From NCBI GenBank assembly GCA_045628045.1, contig JAZQOV010000001.1:64001-128000 (forward strand): a DNA stretch of 64,000 nt, read 5' to 3'. A program made the position numbers and the translations under genes. This DNA comes from Bacilli bacterium. Lineage in GTDB: Bacteria > Bacillota_I > Bacilli_A > RFN20 > CAG-826. The notes beneath the pieces are model-generated. The model saw nothing but the letters and a program-made list of their open reading frames with translations, was not told the DNA's origin and did not search any database. This document shows positions 49,021 to 58,276 of this stretch, piece after piece (the stretch's first letter is position 1; each line of letters begins with the position of its first letter).

Positions 49021-50598
49021 ATGAAAAACAAGTTCTACATTACTACGCCTATATATTATCCAAGCGCTGAAGCGCATATTGGGCACGCTTATTGCACTAC
49101 AATGTGCGATATTCTTGCACGTTCAAAGCGCATGCGTGGTTTTGAGACATATTTTCTAACAGGCACCGATGAACACGGCGAAAAAATCCAAAAGAAAGCT
49201 GCTGAAAAAGGTGTTACTCCTCAACAATACGTCGATGAAATTGCTGGCAAATTCAAAGAATTATGGAAGGCAATGTGTATTTCAAATGATGACTTTATAA
49301 GAACAACCGAAGAACGTCATACTAAGGTCGTTCAATCAATATTTTCTAAAATGCTCAAAAATGATGATATTTACCTTGGTAAATATAAAGGTTGGTATTG
49401 TACTCCTTGTGAATCATTTTGGACTGACACTCAAGTAGGTGAAGAGCATCTTTGCCCAGATTGCCATAGACCAGTTCATGAAGCAGAAGAAGAATGCTAT
49501 TTTTTCAAAACCTCAAAATACATTGATGTTGTAACAAAGCATTATGAAGCAAATCCAAAATTCATTACTCCTGTTGCTCGTAAAAACGAGATGATGAATA
49601 CGTTTATTAATAAAGGACTTGATGATTTGTGTGTATCAAGAACAACATTTGACTGGGGAATTCCAGTTATTGAAAATAACAAACACGTTATGTACGTTTG
49701 GTTAGATGCGCTTTGCAATTACATTACTGCTCTTGGTTATGGTTCAGATAATCCAGAACTTTTCGAAAAATTCTGGAATGATCCAAATTGTGAGATTGTG
49801 CACGTTGTAGGCGCTGATATTACGCGCTTCCACGTTATTTATTGGCCGATGTTTTTAACATCACTTGGATTAAGACTTCCAGATAGAGTTTTCGTCCATG
49901 GTCTTTTAGATTTAAATGGGGAAAAGATGTCAAAATCACGTGGAAACGTAGTTTCACCATTCCCATTAATTGAAAGATATGGTGTTGATACAGTTCGTTG
50001 GTTCCTCGCTAAAGAATTTGCCTTCGGCAGTGATGGAAGATTTACTCCTGAATCTTTCGCAGAACGTATTAATGTCGATTTAGCAAACAACTACGGAAAT
50101 CTTGTTAGCAGAACAATTTCAATGATTGCTAAATATTTTGATGGAGTTATTCCAACACTCTCAAATCCTGGAGAAAAAGAAAAATCAATTCGTGACTTAA
50201 CAGAAAAAACAGTTAAAGCTTACGAAAATTTAATGGATGATTTAAAGATTTCTGAAGCACTTAGTGAAGTTGTAAATTTACTTAATGTCGCAAACAAATA
50301 TATTGAAGAATCCGCACCATGGGTTTTAGCTAAAGAAGGTAAGCAAGAAGAACTCGGAAACGTAATGGCAGTTTTATCAAATTCAATTATCGTTTGTTCG
50401 AAACTTTTATCACCAGTTTTAGTTGAATCCACTGAAAAAGTTTTTGAAATGTTTAACTTAACAGAAACCCAAAAATCCTATGAATTTAACGGGAATTTCT
50501 GCGGATTTTCCGGAAATAAAGTTACAAAGGGTGAACCATTATTCCCAAGACTTGATCTTCAAGTTGAGACAGAATTTATTAGTTCGTTATCAAAATAA
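49021..50598 (+). CDS. metG: Methionine-tRNA ligase (short form, no C-terminal tRNA-binding domain)
   Basis: FYITTPIYY, HIGH, LTGTDEHG, CxxC zinc knuckle, YVWLDAL, KMSKS. Confidence 0.97.
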   Translation: MKNKFYITTPIYYPSAEAHIGHAYCTTMCDILARSKRMRGFETYFLTGTDEHGEKIQKKAAEKGVTPQQYVDEIAGKFKELWKAMCISNDDFIRTTEERHTKVVQSIFSKMLKNDDIYLGKYKGWYCTPCESFWTDTQVGEEHLCPDCHRPVHEAEEECYFFKTSKYIDVVTKHYEANPKFITPVARKNEMMNTFINKGLDDLCVSRTTFDWGIPVIENNKHVMYVWLDALCNYITALGYGSDNPELFEKFWNDPNCEIVHVVGADITRFHVIYWPMFLTSLGLRLPDRVFVHGLLDLNGEKMSKSRGNVVSPFPLIERYGVDTVRWFLAKEFAFGSDGRFTPESFAERINVDLANNYGNLVSRTISMIAKYFDGVIPTLSNPGEKEKSIRDLTEKTVKAYENLMDDLKISEALSEVVNLLNVANKYIEESAPWVLAKEGKQEELGNVMAVLSNSIIVCSKLLSPVLVESTEKVFEMFNLTETQKSYEFNGNFCGFSGNKVTKGEPLFPRLDLQVETEFISSLSK

Positions 50599-50600
50599 TT

Positions 50601-53228
50601 ATGGCAAAGTTAGATCAGAATAGAACCCCATATTTAGATGCCTTAAAAACCTACATTTCAAGGAGCACTTCTCAACTAGATGTTCCTGGTCATCAACAAG
50701 GCAATGTCGAAAATAAATTAAAGGACTTTATTGGTTCTCAAGTTTTTAAATGCGACGTTAACGCTCCAATTGGGATGGATAACCTCGCAAACCCACATGC
50801 TTGCTTGGCAGAAGCCGAAGAACTTATGGCCGATTATGCAAACGCGGATCATTCGTTTTTCTTAATTAACGGAACATCAAGTGGAATCATTGCGATGATT
50901 ATGTCGGCATGTCATGCAAATGACAAAATCATTCTTCCAAGAAACGTTCATAAATCAATTGTTTCAGCACTTATTCTTTCAGGTGCTCAACCAATTTACA
51001 TAATGCCTCGTATTGACGCCGATCTTGAAATTGCAAACCAACCAACTGTAGATGAATACATAAATGCTATGCATCGTTATCCATCTGCAAAGGCAATATT
51101 TGTAATAAATCCAACATATTTTGGTGCAGTTAACGACTTAAAACGCCTCGTTGAAGAAGCTCATAAACGTGGCGTTACCGTTTTAGTAGATGAAGCACAT
51201 GGTGCTCATTACTACTTCGATAAAAAAGGGCCAGTTTCTGCTATGGATGCAGGTGCAGATATGGCTTCTGTTTCATTTCATAAAACAGCAGGATCTTTAA
51301 CTCAATCCTCAGTTTTACTTTTAAAATCAGAGATTATCGATAAAATTACTGTTCAAAAAACACTTAATATTTTAAATACAACTTCTCCATCCACAATTCT
51401 TATGGCATCTATTGATGCTGCAAGATATTTTGTTGCAACTCAAGGACAAGAAGCAATCGATAAAACTCACGAAATAAGCAAATATGCAAGAGAACAAATC
51501 TCTAAAATTAAAGGTTTTGTCCCTTGTGGAAAAGATCATTTCTTAAAACGTGGTTGTTATGATTACGATGAAACAAAACTAGTCATTAAACTAGAACATT
51601 TAGATATTAACGGCTTTGATGTTTATCAGATGCTTCAAAAAGACTATAAAATTCAGATTGAATTGGCTGAAACCTACGCAATTATGGCTATTTTGGCCAT
51701 TGGTACAGGCAAAAAGCAAATTGATAAGCTTATTAGCGCTCTTAAAGATATTTCTAAGAAACATTACAAAAAAACTTACGAATATAAACGTCATGCCTTT
51801 GGCATTGAGTTCCCATTCCAAGTTGTAAGACCAAGAAGTGCATATCACGCTGCAGGAAAACGTGTTCCTTTAGCAGAAGCTGTTAATCAAATTTCAAAAG
51901 AATCAATTATGATTTATCCTCCAGGAATTCCTTTAATTGTTCCAGGAGAAATATTTACTTCCGATCTTGTTAAGAGAATTCAAGAATACAAAAAAGCTGG
52001 AATTACAATTCTTTCCGATTATGGCGCTGACGTTGTAAACGTCATTGACACCGAAAAATGGAGAGCATTTAAATCCTATCAAAATAAAGTTAATGATTAT
52101 TTAACAAAAAAACTTACAACTCCAAGAGCTGATGATTTTTCAATGCCTTTTGAAGGTGACAAACATAGTGGAACAATTATGTTACTTCCATTTAGAAAAG
52201 ACACTTGGAGAAAAAATGCTGAGCCAGCATTAGAAAACTATAAAAAAGTAGCTCTTGCTATTGCAAAATATGAACCAGTTTATTTAGGAATTGCTCCTAA
52301 GTTATATAACCGTGTAATCAAAGATTACGAAGGAATTAAAAATATTCATCCAATTAAAGTTGCATATAACGACGCTTGGGCTCGTGATAACTCACCAATT
52401 TTTGTCACAAATGGTGAAAGAATGAGGGTTGTTGACTTTAGATTTAACGCCTGGGGCGGAGAAGTTGATGGGCTTTATTCAAATTACAAAAATGATGATG
52501 CTTTAACAAAGAATTTAGCCAAGAAATTTTCACAAGAAGTTTATAGACTTGAAGAATTTATTCTTGAAGGTGGTTCAATTCATGTTGATGGCGAAGGAAC
52601 ATGTTTAGTTACAAAAGCATGTCTACTTTCTGAAGGAAGAAATCCCGAACTTAACCAATTAGAAATTGAAGAAACTTTAAAGATTTATCTTGGTGTTAAC
52701 AAAGTTATTTGGCTTGATAACGGAATTTATCAAGACGAAACAAATGAACACGTTGATAATATGGCGTGTTTCATAAAACCTGGTGTAGTTGCCTTAGCCT
52801 GGACTAATGATAAAAAGGATCCTCAATACAAAAATTCTTCTCAAGCATTCAAGACTTTAAGTAATGAAACAGACGCTAAAGGAAGACATTTTGAAATTAT
52901 TAAAATTAAGGTTCCAAAACCAATTTATATGACTAAAAAGGAGAGTAAAGGCATTACTGCTGGAACTCATAATGCTAAAGTAAGAAATGAAGGAGACCGT
53001 TTAGCAGCTTCCTACATCAATTTCTATCAAGGTGAAAAATTTGTTATCTTGCCAGCCTTTGGCGTTCCTGAAGATAAACTTGCAAAAGAACAACTTCAAA
53101 AGCTTTATCCAAACAAGGAAATCATTCAAATTAATACAAAAGAAATTTTATTGGGCGGTGGAAATGTTCACTGCATTACAATGCAAATTCCATACAACAA
53201 GGAGTTTATAAAGAAAAATGAAAATTAA
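50601..53228 (+). CDS. Fused Orn/Lys/Arg decarboxylase (probably arginine) and agmatine deiminase
   Basis: N-terminal half: VPGH, NGTSSG, PRNVHKS, DEAHGAH, PLP-Lys SFHKT, YPPGIP. C-terminal half: TP..D.F.MP.E, DAWARD, FNAWGG, LEGGSIHVDGEGT, HVDN, GGGNVHCITMQ. Confidence 0.92.
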   Translation: MAKLDQNRTPYLDALKTYISRSTSQLDVPGHQQGNVENKLKDFIGSQVFKCDVNAPIGMDNLANPHACLAEAEELMADYANADHSFFLINGTSSGIIAMIMSACHANDKIILPRNVHKSIVSALILSGAQPIYIMPRIDADLEIANQPTVDEYINAMHRYPSAKAIFVINPTYFGAVNDLKRLVEEAHKRGVTVLVDEAHGAHYYFDKKGPVSAMDAGADMASVSFHKTAGSLTQSSVLLLKSEIIDKITVQKTLNILNTTSPSTILMASIDAARYFVATQGQEAIDKTHEISKYAREQISKIKGFVPCGKDHFLKRGCYDYDETKLVIKLEHLDINGFDVYQMLQKDYKIQIELAETYAIMAILAIGTGKKQIDKLISALKDISKKHYKKTYEYKRHAFGIEFPFQVVRPRSAYHAAGKRVPLAEAVNQISKESIMIYPPGIPLIVPGEIFTSDLVKRIQEYKKAGITILSDYGADVVNVIDTEKWRAFKSYQNKVNDYLTKKLTTPRADDFSMPFEGDKHSGTIMLLPFRKDTWRKNAEPALENYKKVALAIAKYEPVYLGIAPKLYNRVIKDYEGIKNIHPIKVAYNDAWARDNSPIFVTNGERMRVVDFRFNAWGGEVDGLYSNYKNDDALTKNLAKKFSQEVYRLEEFILEGGSIHVDGEGTCLVTKACLLSEGRNPELNQLEIEETLKIYLGVNKVIWLDNGIYQDETNEHVDNMACFIKPGVVALAWTNDKKDPQYKNSSQAFKTLSNETDAKGRHFEIIKIKVPKPIYMTKKESKGITAGTHNAKVRNEGDRLAASYINFYQGEKFVILPAFGVPEDKLAKEQLQKLYPNKEIIQINTKEILLGGGNVHCITMQIPYNKEFIKKNEN

Positions 53229-54087
53229 AGTCGCAATTACTCAAATGAGTTGTTCAAACAACTATGAAGAAAACATTAAGAAAGCTGAAGCAATGGTAAA
53301 AAAATGTGCAGAAGCCGGAGCACAAATTGTTCTTCTTCAAGAACTTTTCTCAAACTTATATTTTTGCCAAGTTGAGGACTATGATAAGTTCGATTTAGCT
53401 GAAATTCGCGAGAAATCCCCGTTAATTTCACATTTTAAGGAAGTCGCTAAGAAATATAATGTTGTTCTTCCGATTTCATTTTTTGAGAAGTCTGGAAGCA
53501 ATTATTTTAATTCGTTAGTAATGATTGACGCTGACGGTAAAGATCTTGGATTATACCGCAAGACCCACATTCCTACCGGTGAATGTTATGAAGAAAAATT
53601 CTATTTCTCACCAGGCGACACTGGGTTCAAAGTTTTTAAAACAAAGTATGGAAGAGTAGGTGTTGCTATTTGTTGGGATCAATGGTTCCCAGAGACTGCG
53701 AGAATTTTAACTTTAAAAGATGCTGAAATTTTACTTTATCCAACAGCAATTGGAAGTGAACCAGTTTTAGTTCGTGATTCAATGCCTCACTGGAGAAATA
53801 CAATGTGTGGACATGCAGCTGCAAATATTATTCCTGTTTGCGCATCAAATAGAGTTGGAACTGAAAAGGCCGGAAAATCTAGCATGAATTTCCAAGGATT
53901 CTCATTTATTGCTGATCAACATGGATGTGTTGTCGAAGAAATGAATAGAGAAGAAGAAGGTTTTAGAATCCACGAATTTGATCTAAAAGAAATCGATAAA
54001 GAGAGAGTGTCATGGGGAATCTTCAGAGATAGACGCCCAGAAGTTTATAAAGAACTTATTGGCTACTCAAAAGAAATAGATGAATAA
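53218..54087 (+). CDS. aguB: N-carbamoylputrescine amidase
   Basis: Nitrilase fold: LLQELF, YRKTHIP, EKFYF.PGD.GF, ICWDQWFPE, YPTAIGSEP. Overlaps the fusion gene. Confidence 0.93.
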   Translation: MKIKVAITQMSCSNNYEENIKKAEAMVKKCAEAGAQIVLLQELFSNLYFCQVEDYDKFDLAEIREKSPLISHFKEVAKKYNVVLPISFFEKSGSNYFNSLVMIDADGKDLGLYRKTHIPTGECYEEKFYFSPGDTGFKVFKTKYGRVGVAICWDQWFPETARILTLKDAEILLYPTAIGSEPVLVRDSMPHWRNTMCGHAAANIIPVCASNRVGTEKAGKSSMNFQGFSFIADQHGCVVEEMNREEEGFRIHEFDLKEIDKERVSWGIFRDRRPEVYKELIGYSKEIDE

Positions 54088-54994
54088 AAACAATAAGAAA
54101 AGAAATTTACATAAAGGAAAAGTAAATCCTAACTCGATAAAAGAATTTAAGGTTCACGAGGAATGCGAATTGCTTTCCTTTTTGTTTACGAAATTTCCTA
54201 ATCTTTCAAGAAACTCTGTTAAATCCATACTTAGTGGTCACTATGTTTCAGTAAATGGTGCACCAGTTTCTCAATTTAATTTAAAACTATCAAAGGATGA
54301 CGTTGTAATCGTATCAAAACAACGAATAACAAAGAAAAATAGGCAAGATTTACCGATTATTTTTGAAAATGATGAATTTATTGTCATTAATAAACCAAGC
54401 GGTCTTTTAACAATCCCAAGTGATAATGAAAAAGGAAGAACTGCCTACCGAATGGTTAACGATTACGTCCAACAAAAAGACAAACATAACCGTATATTTG
54501 TAGTGCATAGATTAGACGAAGATACATCAGGCGTTTTGATGTTTGCAAAGAACCCAAAAATAAAAGATATTTTGCAAAAAAATTGGAGCGAAATTGTTCT
54601 TGAAAGATGTTATTATGCGGTTGTCGAAGGGAAGATGCAAAAAGAGGAAGAAACTCTTGTGAATTACCTCAAGGAAAATTCATTAAATTTAATGTATGTT
54701 TCTAACGATAAAACTAATGGTAAAAAGTGTATTACTCATTACAAAGTAATGAAATCAAATAAGCTTTATTCACTTTTAGATGTGAATATTGATACAGGAA
54801 GAAAGAACCAAATTCGTGTTCAATTAGGGCATATTGGTCATCACGTTCTTGGTGATGATAAATATGGTGAACCTTTAGACCCATTGAAGAGGCTCGCTCT
54901 TCACGCTTATAAATTAAAATTTGTTCACCCTGTGACAAAGAAAATTTTTGAATTTAAAGCGGATATTCCTGGAGAATTTTTAAAACTTTTCTAA
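54080..54994 (+). CDS. RluA/RluD family pseudouridine synthase
   Basis: S4-like N-terminus, NKPSGL, VHRLDEDTSG, TGRKNQIRV, GDDKYG, LHAY.L. Confidence 0.93.
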   Translation: MNKNNKKRNLHKGKVNPNSIKEFKVHEECELLSFLFTKFPNLSRNSVKSILSGHYVSVNGAPVSQFNLKLSKDDVVIVSKQRITKKNRQDLPIIFENDEFIVINKPSGLLTIPSDNEKGRTAYRMVNDYVQQKDKHNRIFVVHRLDEDTSGVLMFAKNPKIKDILQKNWSEIVLERCYYAVVEGKMQKEEETLVNYLKENSLNLMYVSNDKTNGKKCITHYKVMKSNKLYSLLDVNIDTGRKNQIRVQLGHIGHHVLGDDKYGEPLDPLKRLALHAYKLKFVHPVTKKIFEFKADIPGEFLKLF

Positions 54995-55029
54995 AACTAT
55001 TAGTTATTGATCAAAAAGTGCGTAAATCA

Positions 55030-55057
55030 TTGCGCGCTTTTTATTTTCGGTTATAAT
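55030..55057 (+). promoter_or_regulatory. Promoter of the DUF1538 operon (leaderless candidate)
   Basis: TTGCGC-16 nt-TATAAT, with an ATG 6 nt downstream and no SD. Confidence 0.6.
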
Positions 55058-55063
55058 ATGCGT

Positions 55064-56605
55064 ATGGTCGATGCACTTAAGAAGTTAAAAAATTCATTTT
55101 TATTAGTCTTACCTGTTGCTTTGGTTGTTTATGCTCTTGCTTTAGCAAAAGTTGTAGAATTCGAGCAAAGTGAGCTAATTATTTTCGGCATTAGCTGTGC
55201 TCTTGTTGTTTTGGGAATGTATCTATTTAATATTGGCGCAGAATCCTCAATGCAAAAAATGGGCGAACTTGTTGGCTCAACTGTTACTAAGAAAAAGAAT
55301 ATTGTGTTTTTGATTATCATCTTTTTCTTGTTTGGTTTATTAATTACTGTTGCCGAACCTGATTTGTCTGTGTTAGCCGAGCAGGCTTCTAGCGACCCTG
55401 CTACTAGATTGTTTTTGATTATATCAATCGGTGTAGGTGTCGGTATTTTCCTTGTTATTGGTGCATTAAGAATTTTATTTCAAAAGTCACTTAAAATTTG
55501 GCTACTCTGTTTTTATGGATTAATGTTTGCTTTATGCTGCTTAGTAGATAAAGCTAGAATTCCAGTTTCACTCGATAGTGGCGGAGTTACAACTGGCCCA
55601 ATTACAGTTCCATTTATTTTGTCAGTCGGTGTTGGTATTGCTACCAGTAAAGCCGGAAATAAATCAGACGCAGATTCATTCGGCCTTGTCGCATTCTCAT
55701 CTATTGGCCCAATTTTGGTTGTTTTAATTACCTCAATTTTAATGAGAAATATTTCAACAGCTTATGATGTTTCTGTATTAGAATACAGCTCGACTGCAAC
55801 ATCTTATTTTGACGTTTTTGCCGGAAAATTACTGGGATTTGACGGTGTTTTAATAAAAGTAGCTCTCTCAACATTACCAATAGTCGTTGTTTTTACTTTG
55901 TATGAAATCATCTTCATTAGATTATCATTCAGAAAACTTTTCGGCATGTATATCGGTGTCATATTTGTATACATTGGTTTGGTTTTCTTTTTAACTGCAG
56001 TTGAAACCGGGTTCTTACCAATGGGTCAAAAATTAGGAATTTCTCTTGCCGGAAAAGATCCAAAATTATTTATTCTTATTGGCGCTGCACTTGGCTTAGC
56101 TGCAGCATTAGCAGAGCCTGCTGTTCACGTTCTTACTCAACAAGTTGAACTTGTTTCTGACGGCTCTGTTAGCAAAGCTACAGTTTTAATTACTATTGCT
56201 TTAGGCAATGCACTTGCTATTGGGCTTTCAATGTTCCGTGTTGAATTGGGATTTGATTTGCTATGGATTATTGTTCCTGGTTATATCTTAGCATTTGCTC
56301 TTTCACTTATTGTTCCAGATATTTATTCTGCAATCGCGTTTGACGCAGGCGGAGTCGTATCTGGTCCAATGAACTCAACATTCATTTTGCCATTCGCTAT
56401 TGGCGCTTGCTATGCAATTAATGGCGAACAAGCCAGCGAAGCAATTATGACAGATGCATTTGGAACTATTGGTGTGGTTGCCTTGATGCCACTTTTAATG
56501 ATTCAAATTGTTGGTTTATCTGGAACACTTCGTATTGTTACCGAACGCAGAATTGCTCGTAGAAGAACAACATCTGAAAACGACAATCAAATTATTCATT
56601 TTTAG
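55064..56605 (+). CDS. Membrane protein with two DUF1538 domains (putative transporter)
   Basis: Duplicated motifs AEPDL/AEPAV, DSGGVTTGP/DAGGVVSGP, DSFG/DAFG. Confidence 0.85.
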   Translation: MVDALKKLKNSFLLVLPVALVVYALALAKVVEFEQSELIIFGISCALVVLGMYLFNIGAESSMQKMGELVGSTVTKKKNIVFLIIIFFLFGLLITVAEPDLSVLAEQASSDPATRLFLIISIGVGVGIFLVIGALRILFQKSLKIWLLCFYGLMFALCCLVDKARIPVSLDSGGVTTGPITVPFILSVGVGIATSKAGNKSDADSFGLVAFSSIGPILVVLITSILMRNISTAYDVSVLEYSSTATSYFDVFAGKLLGFDGVLIKVALSTLPIVVVFTLYEIIFIRLSFRKLFGMYIGVIFVYIGLVFFLTAVETGFLPMGQKLGISLAGKDPKLFILIGAALGLAAALAEPAVHVLTQQVELVSDGSVSKATVLITIALGNALAIGLSMFRVELGFDLLWIIVPGYILAFALSLIVPDIYSAIAFDAGGVVSGPMNSTFILPFAIGACYAINGEQASEAIMTDAFGTIGVVALMPLLMIQIVGLSGTLRIVTERRIARRRTTSENDNQIIHF

Positions 56606-56614
56606 GAGGGACTT

Positions 56615-57049
56615 ATGGCTTTAAAAAATAAAAAATTATTTAAAAAGAACGATGACAAAGAAAGCTTTGTGCCTTTTGAAAAAGAAAATGAAGTTAAACC
56701 ATTAAAACTTTTTATTACTGTTGTTCCTTTTGGCCAAGCAAATGCCATTGTCAAATTAATAGAACAATTTAGATCAACTTATAGTTATGTTACAACGGGT
56801 GAAGGCACCGGAAGGAATTTTATGCCTGGTCTTTTATCTGTTTCCGATTCTAAAAAGCAAATTGTGTTTTCTTTTGTTAGAGAAGATAGAGCAAAAGAAG
56901 TTGCTGATGCGTTAGCAGAAAGATTTTCGACTTCAAAAGCCGCGAATGGCGTTTCTATGTCAGTCAAATTAACTTCCATTGCTGGAGTTTCTGTTTATAG
57001 ATTTTTAACAAATATCAGAAAGGTTAAAAAGGTATCGAAATATGAATAA
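56615..57049 (+). CDS. Divergent PII-like protein with an N-terminal extension
   Basis: LFITVV..G.A..., GEGTG T-loop base, KQIVFSFV, GVSMSV; parallels the next ORF. Confidence 0.65.
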   Translation: MALKNKKLFKKNDDKESFVPFEKENEVKPLKLFITVVPFGQANAIVKLIEQFRSTYSYVTTGEGTGRNFMPGLLSVSDSKKQIVFSFVREDRAKEVADALAERFSTSKAANGVSMSVKLTSIAGVSVYRFLTNIRKVKKVSKYE

Positions 57050-57365
57050 TTCAAACAAAGAACTCATTTGTTGTGTTATCAACAATGGTTATTCAGATTT
57101 AGTAATGTCTGCCGCAAAAAAGAAAGGCGCAAGAGGCGGAACCATTTTCCATGGTAAAGGCACAGGCGCAGAAGATGCAGAAAAATTCTTTGGAATTAAA
57201 ATTTCTCCAGAGAAAGAAATTGTACTAATTGTTGTTGAAGCTGAACAAAAGGATGATATAGTTTCTGCCATTTATGAAGAGGCAGGTCTTGACACAAAAG
57301 GACAAGGCATTATTTTTACCTTACCAGTTGATGATTTTATAACAAGCAAAATTGAAAATAAATAA
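57042..57365 (+). CDS. PII-like protein
   Basis: GARGGTI..GKGTG, EKEIVLIVV, GQGIIF.LPV; 107 aa. Confidence 0.85.
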   Translation: MNNSNKELICCVINNGYSDLVMSAAKKKGARGGTIFHGKGTGAEDAEKFFGIKISPEKEIVLIVVEAEQKDDIVSAIYEEAGLDTKGQGIIFTLPVDDFITSKIENK

Positions 57366-57422
57366 TAAAAAAAACACGGTTTTTCCTGGGAATTTCCGGA
57401 TAAATGCCGTGTTTTTTCTTTG
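57366..57422. terminator. Bidirectional terminator between convergent operons
   Basis: AAAAAAACACGG...CCGTGTTTTTT, a long stem with A/T flanks. Confidence 0.75.
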
Positions 57423-57427
57423 CCTTT

Positions 57428-58276
57428 TTAATTTATGTGGAATATTTTGTAGACTGTATTTTTATTAATCTTAGTAATTTCTGAAACCTTCTTAATTGCG
57501 TCTTTCGTGGACATTCCTGATTCCACTAAAGATTTAACCATTTTAATTAATTCAGCATCACCAACGATTGGTTTTTCTTCACCGTTTGAACCTTCGATAA
57601 TAATAACCATTTCGCCAATTAATGTTTCAGGATCAATTTTACAAAGTTCCTCTAAATTGCCTCTAATGAACTCCTCGTGTTTTTTTGTTAGTTCCCTAGC
57701 AATGCAAGCTTTTCTATTTCCTAAAACTTCATACATAACTTCAAGAGTTTTTTGAATACGATGTGGAGCCTCATAGAAGATTAATGTTTCTTTTCTTTGT
57801 GCTAATGATTTTAATTCATCAATTTTTACGCTGTCTTTTGCAGCAAGGAATCCATGGAAATAAAAATGATCTTCGCATAATCCAGAAGCGACAAGAGCAT
57901 TTAATGCAGCATTAGGCCCTGAAATAGGAGCAACATTAATGCCATTTTCTAAACAAATTTTAACAAGTTTTGAACCAGGATCAGAAATGCATGGATAACC
58001 AGCGTCTGACATGTAAGCGACTTTAGTACCTTCAAGAATTTTCTTTACAATATTTTGTGATTCAGAAACTTCATTATGTTCGCGAAGCGAAACAAGTTCT
58101 TTTTTAAACCCGAGAATTGATAATAATTTTCCAGTTACTCTTGTATCTTCACATGCGATTAAATCGACACTAGAAAGAACCTCAAGCATTCTTGGAGAGA
58201 CTTCTTGCATATTGCCAATTGGTGTTGGTACTAAATAAAGAAGTGGTTTATCTAACTCGTAGTTTAAAGATCTCAT
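57428..58276 (-). CDS. rsmI: 16S rRNA C1402 2'-O-methyltransferase
   Basis: LYLVPTPIGN, CEDTR, SDAGYPCISDPG, YEAPHR, RELTKKHEE. Confidence 0.96.
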   Translation of the reverse strand: MRSLNYELDKPLLYLVPTPIGNMQEVSPRMLEVLSSVDLIACEDTRVTGKLLSILGFKKELVSLREHNEVSESQNIVKKILEGTKVAYMSDAGYPCISDPGSKLVKICLENGINVAPISGPNAALNALVASGLCEDHFYFHGFLAAKDSVKIDELKSLAQRKETLIFYEAPHRIQKTLEVMYEVLGNRKACIARELTKKHEEFIRGNLEELCKIDPETLIGEMVIIIEGSNGEEKPIVGDAELIKMVKSLVESGMSTKDAIKKVSEITKINKNTVYKIFHIN

